Shown piece after piece: positions 7,716-15,819 of a DNA stretch of 57,298 nucleotides. How positions within the stretch are numbered: the first letter of the stretch is position 1; every line of letters starts with the position of its first letter. The notes beneath the pieces are model-generated. The model saw only the letters and a list, made by a program, of their open reading frames with translations, was not told the DNA's origin and did no database searches. The translations under genes were made by a program, and so were the position numbers. Where the stretch lies: the NCBI GenBank assembly GCA_028286945.1, contig JAQBQR010000020.1, positions 1 through 57,298 on the forward strand. Direction: 5' to 3'. This DNA is from Parcubacteria group bacterium (GTDB lineage: Bacteria; Patescibacteriota; Minisyncoccia; Phycocordibacterales; Phycocordibacteraceae).

Positions 7716-10184
7716 CTACAGCGCAACCATCGAAGCAATGGAATCACCTTCACGCATTTTCATAATGCGAACTCCTTGCGTAGCGCGTGAAAGACTTGGG
7801 ATTTCGCCGGCAGATACGCGGATAACCTGACCCTTCTTTGAGATAACCACGATCTCCTCTTCTTTTGCTTCGTCGCCAATGAGGACGCGTGCACCAATAA
7901 TTTCTCCGGTCTTTGGGGTAACGTCGGCGGTCTTAATGCCTGAACCACCACGGCCTTGGATTTTGTACTCAGTGAGCGGCGTCTTCTTTCCGTATCCGTT
8001 TGCCATGATGATGAGGAGCGCCGCGTTCTTAGGGTCGGCATTCACCACTTCAGCAGACACGATGCGGTCGTCGCCCTTAAGACTCATTCCGCGAACGCCT
8101 GCAGCCGTGCGGCCCATGGCGCGTGTTTCCGCTTCTTCAAAACGAATACTCTGACCCTTTGAGGTAACTATAGAAATACTGTCTTCTGCAGCAGTAAGGT
8201 GTGCAGCCACAAGGCGGTCATCTCCCTTAAGATTGATAGCGATAATGCCAGAGCGGCGAACATCGGCAAAGGACTTTGCTTCAACCTTCTTAATGGTTCC
8301 TTGCTCTGTGACGAGAAATACTGAAAGCGCATCGCGTGCAGCTCCCTTCGGCGTTGCCAATACGCTGGTGACTTTTTCGTCAGCAGTCAGTGAAAGGAAG
8401 TTCATGATGGACTTACCCTTCGTGGCGCGCTTACCTTCGGGGATGTCGTACATCTTTGTTTGATATGCCTTTCCCTTATCAGTGAAGAAGAGGAGATCAC
8501 TGTGCGCAGATGCCTTGAGGAAGTGCGTCACCACATCCTCTTCCTTTGTTGAAATATCAATAACGCCTACGCCGCCGCGCTTCTGCGCTTTAAATTCGTC
8601 AGGGTTATTTCGTTTTACATAGCCGCCGGCGGTAAGTACCAAAACACTATCCTCGTCAGGAACAAGGTCTTCAACAGAAATATTCTTTACCCCACCTTTA
8701 ACAATCTTTGTGCGACGTGCATCAGCATACTTATCGGCAAGTTCAGAAAGTTCGCTGCGTACAAGAGCAAGAATGTTTTTTGCTGATGAAAGAATTTTCT
8801 TAAGGCGTGCAATGATCGTCTGGAGCTCAGATAATTCGTCTTCGATCTTCTTACGTTCAAGGCCAGCCAAAGTTTGGAGGCGCATAGAAAGAATGGCGGC
8901 TGTCTGACGCTCGGAGAATGCGAACTTTTTAATCAGGTTCTTTGATGCTTCTGGCACATCCTTTGCTTTCTTAATGATGGCAATGACTTCGTCAATGTGA
9001 TCGAGCGCTTTTGAAAGTCCGAGCAAAATATGTTCACGCTCTTCAGCCTTGCGGAGTTCGTATTCGGTGCGACGTTGTACTACGAGCTGGCGATGCTTAA
9101 TAAACTCTTCAAGCATGCCTTTGAGTGAAAGAGTTTGTGGGACTCCATCCACCAGTGCCAACATGTTGTAGTGAAAGGTGCTTTCAAGTTCCGTGTGCTT
9201 ATACAAAGAGTTCAGTACGGTCTGTGGATGCGCGGTTCCCTTAAGTTCCACTACTACGCGAATGTCAGACGTTGATTCATCGCGAAGATCACGAATACCT
9301 TCAATCTTTTTGTCTCGTACTAAATCAGCAATACGCGTAATGAGGTCTGATTTATTAACGCGGAACGGAATTGAGGTGATGACGATGTTCGTTCCCTTTT
9401 TGTCCTCGATAATCTCAGCTTCACCGCGAACCACTACGCCGCCGCGGCCTCCCGTGTATGCGTGTTTGATATCAGCCTGATTAAAGGCGATGCCGCCCAT
9501 TGGAAAGTCAGGTCCCTTAACAAACTGAAGGAGATCTTCCGTGGTTGCATCTGGGTTATCAATCAAATGCATCGTGGCGTCCGCAATTTCACGCAGGTTA
9601 TGCGGCGGGATATTCGTCGCCATACCCACAGCGATGCCGAGGGCTCCGTTAAGGAGAAGGTTTGGTGCTGCCGCAGGCAGCACCGTTGGCTCCTGTTTTG
9701 ATCCATCAAAGTTTGGCGCCCAGTCAACCGTTTCTTTTTCAAGATCTTCCAACATAGCTTCGGCCATGCGTGACATCTTCGATTCTGTGTATCGGTATGC
9801 AGCAGGCGGGTCACCGTCGATGGAACCGAAGTTTCCCTGGCCTTGTACGAGCGGATATCGCGTAGAGAAAGGTTGTGCCAGCTTCACCATGGCGTCGTAC
9901 ACAGATATGTCACCATGAGGATGGTACGAACCGAGCACCTCACCGACCACAGTTGCTGACTTACGGAACTTTGCCGTTGGCGTAAGACCTGTCTGGCGCA
10001 TAGCAAAAAGAATGCGTCGGTGCACAGGCTTCAGTCCGTCACGGACATCAGGAAGCGCACGACTCGTTATAACGGTCATCGCGTAGTCAATATATGACTG
10101 GCGCATCTCAGCCGTGATGGACTGATCTATGATGCGTTCCATCGCTTTAGGTGCTCCTGGTTCTGGTGCCTCGTTCTTTGCCAT
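7716..10184 (-). CDS. gyrA: DNA gyrase subunit A
   Basis: [27 protein letters not shown], active-site region AAYRYTESK and C-terminal beta-pinwheel repeats. 822 aa. Confidence 0.97.
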   Translation of the reverse strand: MAKNEAPEPGAPKAMERIIDQSITAEMRQSYIDYAMTVITSRALPDVRDGLKPVHRRILFAMRQTGLTPTAKFRKSATVVGEVLGSYHPHGDISVYDAMVKLAQPFSTRYPLVQGQGNFGSIDGDPPAAYRYTESKMSRMAEAMLEDLEKETVDWAPNFDGSKQEPTVLPAAAPNLLLNGALGIAVGMATNIPPHNLREIADATMHLIDNPDATTEDLLQFVKGPDFPMGGIAFNQADIKHAYTGGRGGVVVRGEAEIIEDKKGTNIVITSIPFRVNKSDLITRIADLVRDKKIEGIRDLRDESTSDIRVVVELKGTAHPQTVLNSLYKHTELESTFHYNMLALVDGVPQTLSLKGMLEEFIKHRQLVVQRRTEYELRKAEEREHILLGLSKALDHIDEVIAIIKKAKDVPEASKNLIKKFAFSERQTAAILSMRLQTLAGLERKKIEDELSELQTIIARLKKILSSAKNILALVRSELSELADKYADARRTKIVKGGVKNISVEDLVPDEDSVLVLTAGGYVKRNNPDEFKAQKRGGVGVIDISTKEEDVVTHFLKASAHSDLLFFTDKGKAYQTKMYDIPEGKRATKGKSIMNFLSLTADEKVTSVLATPKGAARDALSVFLVTEQGTIKKVEAKSFADVRRSGIIAINLKGDDRLVAAHLTAAEDSISIVTSKGQSIRFEEAETRAMGRTAAGVRGMSLKGDDRIVSAEVVNADPKNAALLIIMANGYGKKTPLTEYKIQGRGGSGIKTADVTPKTGEIIGARVLIGDEAKEEEIVVISKKGQVIRVSAGEIPSLSRATQGVRIMKMREGDSIASMVAL

Positions 10185-10193
10185 ATTAAAAAC

Positions 10194-10571
10194 CTAAAAC
10201 GCAATGTTAGTTGCCGACTGATTATTGGGGTTGCTCGTCGTCGCAAACGAAGAAGAGGTATTGCCGTCAACGATAGTGAGCGCAGGCTTACTGGTAGTGC
10301 CATTCGTTGCGGCGCCTACGGCGCCGAGTAATTGTGAAAAGTTAGACTTCACTCCCGTCCCCGCAAGAGTAGAGGAGTCAGCAGTAGTGTTTGTAGTGGC
10401 AGTTTGATCTGAGCCAACGGACGTATTACCAAGAGCAAATGTGTTGCTCGTTACCATTGAAGCAATCCAAATAAGTCCCACGAGTCCAGTCACCCCAGCG
10501 CTAGCACCCACCGCAATTCGCTTGCGTACGAGTTCGGGCTTTTCTTTCATATTGGCGATGAGTTTCTTCAT
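10194..10571 (-). CDS. Hypothetical membrane-anchored Ser/Thr-rich protein
   Basis: One TM helix (GVTGLVGLIWIASMV), then a low-complexity T/S/N-rich ectodomain. Confidence 0.5.
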   Translation of the reverse strand: MKKLIANMKEKPELVRKRIAVGASAGVTGLVGLIWIASMVTSNTFALGNTSVGSDQTATTNTTADSSTLAGTGVKSNFSQLLGAVGAATNGTTSKPALTIVDGNTSSSFATTSNPNNQSATNIAF

Positions 10572-10586
10572 AAGCGTTGTGTGAAG

Positions 10587-11228
10587 TTATGCCGTTATCA
10601 CTATGATAGCACCGTCTTTATCTGCAACGTCCTTTTTCTTAAGTGTTAGCTTGTCCACTTTTTCAGACTCTTCTCCCTCCTCTTTAAGGAATGCCTCTAG
10701 TGACTTTGGTGTGCCCATGCCACTCCAGTGCATTGGAATAACAATTTTCGGTTCAAGCATGGTGGCAAGCTTGCTCGCCTCAGCCGCATCAAGAACGCCG
10801 TCTCCACCCACCGGTACAAAAAGCACATCGATCTCATCAATTGCTTCCTTAGCATCTGCTGGAAGATTAATTCCCGTCATAGCGCCCAAGTGAACGAGCG
10901 TCATTCCTTCGAGTTTTACTGAATACATCGTGTTCATTGCTTCAGCCTGACCCTTCGCTAGGGCATATTCACTTTTTGTAAGAAATCCCTGCACGGTGAT
11001 TCCTTCTTTTTCATATTCACCGGGTCCGCTGACCACAAACGGTACCTTTCCACCAAACGATACTTCATCCACCCCATTCATATCTGGATGGTTTCGAGAG
11101 ATGAGGGCGATGTCAGCGCCGAAACGAACAGCCGGAAGTGTTCCAGTTTTTGAGATGGGGTCGAATACCAATGTAAGGTCTCCGAACGTGACTTTAAAGC
11201 ACTGGCCGCCGTGATGAGTGATAACCAT
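10587..11228 (-). CDS. MBL-fold metal-dependent hydrolase (UPF0173-like)
   Basis: MVITHHGGQCFKVTFGDLTLVFDP start, a later LVHLGA...DVLFVPVGG...PMHW pattern, and 213 aa, typical for this family. Confidence 0.6.
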   Translation of the reverse strand: MVITHHGGQCFKVTFGDLTLVFDPISKTGTLPAVRFGADIALISRNHPDMNGVDEVSFGGKVPFVVSGPGEYEKEGITVQGFLTKSEYALAKGQAEAMNTMYSVKLEGMTLVHLGAMTGINLPADAKEAIDEIDVLFVPVGGDGVLDAAEASKLATMLEPKIVIPMHWSGMGTPKSLEAFLKEEGEESEKVDKLTLKKKDVADKDGAIIVITA

Positions 11229-11420
11229 GTTCTCTCTATTCTACCATTTTCGTATAAACCTGTCGCTTTCATGAAGTGGTTATTTAGGTTGTACACAGGC
11301 TCACGGTACATATCCTGAACCTCTTATTTCAAGTGCTATTCTATACAAGTTACTTTTCATCCAATTTGAATTTACCTATGACACTTTCAGGCGCAGGTCA
11401 CTAATTAGTGAAATGAAGAA

Positions 11421-11457
11421 GACAAAGGAGGATGCGCTTCGCGCATCCTCCTTTGTC
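11421..11457. other. Orphan perfect 17-bp stem hairpin
   Basis: gacaaaggaggatgcgc-ttc-gcgcatcctcctttgtc. No gene on either strand ends next to it. Confidence 0.6.
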
Positions 11458-11579
11458 TGTGCCTGTTTCAGGCTACCCTTTGCCCCATTTCGTTATCAAC
11501 CTTTCTCCTTCGACAGCTCCTTAAGGGCGTGCTACTTTCCTGGGGTTGGAGGTTGCTCTAACAAAAACAGGAGGGAAGA

Positions 11580-11951
11580 ATGCGTAAGACATATCTCGCA
11601 TTGATCGCCGTCGTGTTCGCAAGCACTGCGTTTGCAACGCCGGCACTGGCAAGGTCGCATGATCGGACGCACACGGGCCAGTCGCCCGCTGCTCCGGCAA
11701 AGCGACATGCACGTCCGAACGGCACCCGTCACCACAAGAGTGCTAAGTCGTCGACGAGCGACGCCGACGCACAGGACTTGATTCTGGTGCCGGTCCTGAA
11801 TGGTCAGCCGAATCCGAATAATGATGAGGCTATGGATTCCGACGACGGCACGTTCGAACAGCCTGCTGATGGCATCACCCTGCAAGATGCCATCGTGGTG
11901 CTGATTCCGAACGTTAACACCTACGCTCCCGTCATTTCGGACCCGACCTGA
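11580..11951 (+). CDS. Hypothetical small secreted protein (123 aa), GC-rich cassette
   Basis: AGGAGG 5 nt upstream of the ATG. Signal peptide MRKTYLALIAVVFASTAFATPALA. 42/60 G+C at 11641-11700. A hairpin cccgacta...tagtcggg followed by ctttcgattt lies downstream. The overlapping minus-strand ORFs are Arg/Cys-rich shadows. Confidence 0.6.
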   Translation: MRKTYLALIAVVFASTAFATPALARSHDRTHTGQSPAAPAKRHARPNGTRHHKSAKSSTSDADAQDLILVPVLNGQPNPNNDEAMDSDDGTFEQPADGITLQDAIVVLIPNVNTYAPVISDPT

Positions 11952-12100
11952 TCTTCATCGACGAGGTAGATATCCGCCTCGCACAACCCACAGCCAGGGA
12001 ATATATGGCCACAAACAGGGGCCCGACTATGACGCACTTATGTGCTGTCCTCTAGTCGGGCTTTCGATTTACCCTTTATATACAACGTTTCTCACAGGGG

Positions 12101-12130
12101 TTGACAACTTTCAATGCAATGTGATAGATT
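12101..12130 (+). promoter_or_regulatory. Sigma70-like promoter (TTGACA, 18-nt spacer, TGaTAGATT extended -10)
   Basis: TTGACA at 12101-12106 and TG at 12122-12123, then TAGATT at 12125-12130. Confidence 0.45.
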
Positions 12131-12186
12131 CCGTGTGCTGATCCTCAGCGCAGGAGAAATGTCATGCCCCGGGCACCTTCAATAAC

Positions 12187-12330
12187 ATGAATGGGAAATT
12201 CGACCTCAACAGCGGCGGCCGGCTCGACGGTTCGGGCGGCAGCGGCACGATGATCACCGGCGCGACCGCGTCCGGCAGCAATTATTTCACCATGTCGATC
12301 ACCAATTCCGGCGGCGGCGCCGACACCTGA
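12187..12330 (+). CDS. Hypothetical 47-aa Gly/Ser/Thr-rich peptide
   Basis: MNGKFDLNSGGRLDGSGGSGTMITGATASGSNYFTMSITNSGGGADT. Too short for the ORF track. Its ATG overlaps (ATGA) the stop of an 8-codon ORF (12164-12190, MPRAPSIT) that itself sits 6 nt after AGGAGA. The unit is flanked by a promoter and a terminator on the same strand. Confidence 0.3.
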   Translation: MNGKFDLNSGGRLDGSGGSGTMITGATASGSNYFTMSITNSGGGADT

Positions 12331-12405
12331 TCGCCCGGCTCGGCGATCGAATGCCGTAACAACAAGTTCTCCACCTGGACTCCCCGTCCTCGTCGGTGGA
12401 GCAAA

Positions 12406-12456
12406 GGGTCCGGTTCGGAAGCGCATGCAAATGCGATTTCCGGACCGGGCTTTTTC
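12406..12456 (+). terminator. Intrinsic terminator of the Gly-rich peptide unit
   Basis: gggtccgg...ccggaccgggc outer stem with an inner gcgcat/atgcg stem, followed by ttttt. Confidence 0.6.
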
Positions 12457-12553
12457 TATTTATATAAATGAATATCTCGATGCGAGTTATGCACTTCTCT
12501 CCTTCTTAGTTGGGCGGTACCATATCCCCTCACCACAACAGGAGCGTTTGGTT

Positions 12554-12718
12554 ATGAGTGACACTGAGAATGATCTTTTTGGGCACCCGGTCTCGAAACA
12601 AGGTGAGGTCGAGCCACCTGCCGAAAGCAAACCGGAACCCAGTCCCCATCCGAATCTCTTCGATCCGATGGACAATGGCCGCAACGAGTTTGACGACTCG
12701 CCTTGGCGAAGCCGATAG
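12554..12718 (+). CDS. Hypothetical 54-aa acidic, Pro-rich (probably disordered) protein
   Basis: AGGAG 9 nt upstream of the ATG. MSDTENDLFGHPVSKQGEVEPPAESKPEPSPHPNLFDPMDNGRNEFDDSPWRSR. A terminator follows. Confidence 0.4.
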   Translation: MSDTENDLFGHPVSKQGEVEPPAESKPEPSPHPNLFDPMDNGRNEFDDSPWRSR

Positions 12719-12754
12719 GCATCAATATTGAATTGATATCACATCAGGAGAGCC

Positions 12755-12779
12755 GGCGGGTCCCATGACCCGCCTTTTC
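12755..12779 (+). terminator. Intrinsic terminator
   Basis: ggcgggtc-ccat-gacccgcc followed by tttt. Confidence 0.65.
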
Positions 12780-12909
12780 CTTTTTGCCTATATATGGTAC
12801 TTTTTCCTCATCGCGAGGGCGCATATAAGCCGCGAGCAGGCTATCCCTGGTTTAGGATTCGAAAGAATCCGCCAGTACCTGCCGCGTACACGCCCCGCCA
12901 ACATTTATA

Positions 12910-14043
12910 ATGCCCGAAGACACAAAGGCGCCTGCGCCAGTTGTTGCCTCATTTACGCTCGACGCTAGCCATCCAATGGCAAAGCACATCGACAACATCA
13001 CAACGCCACCTGTAGCAGGTGACGTTGTTGAAGGAACTATTATTGAACTTGTACGTGGACGTCTCTACGTGGATCTTCCACCATGGGGTGCCGGTATCAT
13101 TTACGGACGTGAATACCTCAACGCTGCTGACGTTCTCCGCAAGGTAAATCCTGGAGACACCATCACCGCGAAGGTTGTTGACCCTGCAGGTATTGATGGC
13201 TACATCGAACTTTCTCTCAAGGAAGCTCGTCAGGCCGCTATCTGGGGAGAAGCAGAAGCCGCTATCCTTAACGGAAACACGTTCAACCTCACCGTTGAAG
13301 AAGCAAACAAGGGTGGACTTATCCTCTCGTGGCAGGGCATCAAGGGATTCCTTCCTGCGTCCCAGCTTTCAAAGGATCACTATCCACGCGTTCCTGAAGG
13401 AGACAAGGATAAGATCTTTGGCGAACTTCTAAAACTCCAGGGCACTCAGCTTTCAGTTCGCATCATCACTGCTGACGCGAAGGAAGGAAAACTTATCTTC
13501 TCTGAAAAGAGTGGCGAGGAAGAGACAGAAAAGACAAACCTTATTGATAAGTACCAGGTTGGTGACACCGTTGACGGTGAAGTAACCGGTGCTGTTGACT
13601 TCGGTGTCTTCGTGAAGCTTGAGCAGGGTCTTGAAGGTCTCGTTCACATCAGTGAGCTCGACTGGGGACTTGTTGAAGATCCACGCACTATGTACGCCGT
13701 CGGTGACCGCGTTCAGGTGAAGGTTATTGAGATCAAAGACGGAAAGGTTTCCCTCTCAATCAAGGCACTTAAGGACAATCCTTGGAAGCTCGCTTCAGAG
13801 CAGTACAAGAAGGGTCAGGAAGTTACGGGCGTTATCATCAAGTACAACAAGCACGGCGCCCTCGCTTCTATTGAAGAAGGAGTTGCCGGCCTTGTTCACA
13901 TCAGCGAGTTTGCGACTCCCGCAGAACTCCGCGAGACACTTGAGCTTGGTAAGACGTATCCATTCACCATTACCCTCTTCGAGCCAAAGGATCAGCGCAT
14001 GACGCTTACCTTTACCGGAGAGAAGAAGGGTGCGAAGAAATAG
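12910..14043 (+). CDS. rpsA: 30S ribosomal protein S1 (four S1 domains)
   Basis: Repeated S1 OB-fold units, e.g. GDVVEGTIIELVRGRLYVDL, VGDTVDGEVTGAVDFGVFVKLEQGLEGLVHISEL and GQEVTGVIIKYNKHGALASIEEGVAGLVHISEF. Confidence 0.9.
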   Translation: MPEDTKAPAPVVASFTLDASHPMAKHIDNITTPPVAGDVVEGTIIELVRGRLYVDLPPWGAGIIYGREYLNAADVLRKVNPGDTITAKVVDPAGIDGYIELSLKEARQAAIWGEAEAAILNGNTFNLTVEEANKGGLILSWQGIKGFLPASQLSKDHYPRVPEGDKDKIFGELLKLQGTQLSVRIITADAKEGKLIFSEKSGEEETEKTNLIDKYQVGDTVDGEVTGAVDFGVFVKLEQGLEGLVHISELDWGLVEDPRTMYAVGDRVQVKVIEIKDGKVSLSIKALKDNPWKLASEQYKKGQEVTGVIIKYNKHGALASIEEGVAGLVHISEFATPAELRETLELGKTYPFTITLFEPKDQRMTLTFTGEKKGAKK

Positions 14044-14059
14044 TCTCGACCCAATACAG

Positions 14060-14093
14060 AAAAAGGCCGGATGCTTCGCATCCGGCCTTTTTC
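14060..14093. terminator. Bidirectional terminator shared by rpsA and pth
   Basis: aaaaaggccggatgc-ttc-gcatccggccttttt. Confidence 0.8.
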
Positions 14094-14099
14094 TTTTGA

Positions 14100-14699
14100 C
14101 TACTTTGTATTCGCAAAAAGCATCGCTGCCTCGATATCCTCGGTAGCAAAAAGCTGAATCGTTTGGTTTGTCTTTTCGAACACTTTCTTCAAAAGCTCCA
14201 TCTCCTTTGGCGAAAACTTCCCTATTACGTGACCAACAACTTCCTCACCAGCTTCTGGCTTTCGAATCTTTCCTTTGGGCGTTGCTCCAGAAATGCCAAT
14301 CTTTAACTGTGCAAACTCTTTTGTCTTAAGCGAACGCATAATACTCTCAACGCCTTTGTGTCCTCCACTGCCGCGCCCGTGCACCGTGAGTTTTATAACG
14401 CCGATGGGTAAATCCAGATCATCACGCACCACGAGCAGCTTCTTCGCTGCTTTTACTGACTTAACAAATGACGTAACGCCCTTTCCAGAATGATTCATAA
14501 ACACTTCCGGAAGTACGAGCTGTACTTTTTCTGCATCAATAACGCCCTCTGTTACCGAAGCGTTCGCTGCCTTACGTAACGCAAACTCTTCAAACTCTGC
14601 GTACTGCGCATATGCTTCGACCACCATGCGTCCTGCATTATGTCGAGTCTTTGCGTATTCGCCGCCAGGATTCCCTAGCCCCACAATTACGGTTGCCAT
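14100..14699 (-). CDS. pth: Peptidyl-tRNA hydrolase
   Basis: VGLGNPGGEYAKTRHNAG N-terminal signature and HGRGSGGHKG. Confidence 0.92.
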   Translation of the reverse strand: MATVIVGLGNPGGEYAKTRHNAGRMVVEAYAQYAEFEEFALRKAANASVTEGVIDAEKVQLVLPEVFMNHSGKGVTSFVKSVKAAKKLLVVRDDLDLPIGVIKLTVHGRGSGGHKGVESIMRSLKTKEFAQLKIGISGATPKGKIRKPEAGEEVVGHVIGKFSPKEMELLKKVFEKTNQTIQLFATEDIEAAMLFANTK

Positions 14700-14787
14700 G
14701 TCATCACTATATCATTCTTGCCATTTACTAATTTGTATAGGATTATATGGCCGTTGTTAACTGATTCTTTCGAAGAGGATAGTACCG

Positions 14788-15171
14788 ATGTCAGCTGCTC
14801 TTTTCCACGCTGGTCACTTTCAGGGAATCGGATGCAACCAAATAGGGTTCCATTCCCGAACAGCGACCGAAAATTATCTTCAAATTCTCTATGATGCCGA
14901 TGAGCGTCGTGGTGGAAAGGCTGGTCCTTATATGATTCTGGCCGCCGGCGCAATCGAGAATGTCTTTCAGCTCGAACGTATTTTGAAGCCACCACTTATC
15001 GCCCGCGATGTATTGGAGGGGCGTGAGGCGGTTTGGAATTTCAATGACGCAGACGACGCTAGGTATACATACAAGATTCTCACGTCGCTCGGCTCGGTAA
15101 ATGTCTGGATCTTCGTGAAGAGCGAGTACGCTCGCGAGTTCGGCGACACGTTCCTTCGTCCCGCGGCATAG
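14788..15171 (+). CDS. Hypothetical protein (127 aa) in the pth-lepB intergenic cassette
   Basis: AAGAGGA lies 8 nt upstream and a perfect 13-bp hairpin follows the stop. Strand chosen over the codon-aligned antisense ORF 14791-15252 on two counts. G occupies codon position 1 in about 48 of 128 plus-strand codons versus about 39 for the antisense. The product has 1 Cys versus about 7. Confidence 0.45.
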   Translation: MSAALFHAGHFQGIGCNQIGFHSRTATENYLQILYDADERRGGKAGPYMILAAGAIENVFQLERILKPPLIARDVLEGREAVWNFNDADDARYTYKILTSLGSVNVWIFVKSEYAREFGDTFLRPAA

Positions 15172-15178
15172 ACCGCAC

Positions 15179-15208
15179 ATGGGCCGCTGCACTCCTGCAG
15201 CGGCCCAT
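15179..15208 (+). terminator. Perfect 13-bp hairpin after the cassette ORF (no T-run)
   Basis: atgggccgctgca-ctcc-tgcagcggcccat. Confidence 0.45.
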
Positions 15209-15267
15209 CGAATTATCCATGCGAGTGAAAAACTTGCGTGCAAAATCAGCAAGCGTACAATGCACGC

Positions 15268-15819
15268 ATGAAGCTCTTAGGAAGCGCCGTAAAAGAAATT
15301 GCGATCTTCCTTGTGCTGGCGATTATCATCGTCCTCCCCATCCGCCTCTTCGTCGCGCAGCCATTCGTTGTTGAAGGCGAGAGTATGCATCCAACGTTTG
15401 AAAGCGGTGACTATCTCATCGTTGACGAGCTTACGTATCATTTTCATGAGCCACACCGCGGCGATGTTATCGTCTTCCGTTATCCTGGCGATCCTAAAGT
15501 CTTTTACATAAAACGCGTCATTGGTCTTCCTGGCGAAACCATCAGTATCACCGGAGGCCACGTAACCATTACGAAAGTAGATGGCAGCACGCTCACTCTT
15601 TCTGAGTCATACGTCGTTGACGAAGATGCTACGTACACACAAAGCACGCACATTGGTGCGGGAGAACTGTTCGTCATGGGAGATAACCGTCCAAAGAGCT
15701 CAGACTCACGTGTCTGGGGCCTTCTTCCAGAAAAGAACATCATGGGCCGCGCCTTTATTCGCCTCTTCCCTACAGGAGAGTTTGGCCTTAATCCCGGCGC
15801 TACCGTACAACCACAATGA
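15268..15819 (+). CDS. lepB: Signal peptidase I
   Basis: GESMHPTF (catalytic Ser), GDVIVFRYP, YIKRVIGLPGE (catalytic Lys box) and GDNRPKSSDSR. ATG at 15268 preferred. The track GTG at 15238 is possible. Confidence 0.92.
   Translation: MKLLGSAVKEIAIFLVLAIIIVLPIRLFVAQPFVVEGESMHPTFESGDYLIVDELTYHFHEPHRGDVIVFRYPGDPKVFYIKRVIGLPGETISITGGHVTITKVDGSTLTLSESYVVDEDATYTQSTHIGAGELFVMGDNRPKSSDSRVWGLLPEKNIMGRAFIRLFPTGEFGLNPGATVQPQ

Noticed and set aside
7760-9918. Numerous 60- to 125-aa ORFs on both strands inside gyrA. Similar sets occur inside murJ (e.g. 44745-45473, 242 aa), nrdJ, ftsZ, lepA, the Wzy_C-TPR gene and the ABC gene.
   Set aside because: They lie wholly within long, motif-supported genes. 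Their products are Arg/Ser/Cys/Pro-rich low-complexity sequences, typical of out-of-frame or antisense shadow ORFs.
12145-12426. 93-aa minus-strand ORF (and 11532-11885, 117 aa) in the GC-rich region.
   Set aside because: The Arg/Ala/Gly-rich products are typical of spurious frames in GC-rich DNA. The promoter, SD and terminator signals all point to the plus strand.
14791-15252. 153-aa minus-strand ORF in the pth-lepB gap.
   Set aside because: It is the exact codon-aligned antisense of the 14788-15171 ORF. It is Cys-rich (about 7 Cys), has weaker codon-position-1 G bias, and has no SD or terminator in its orientation. It is not fully excluded, so I flagged it in a finding.
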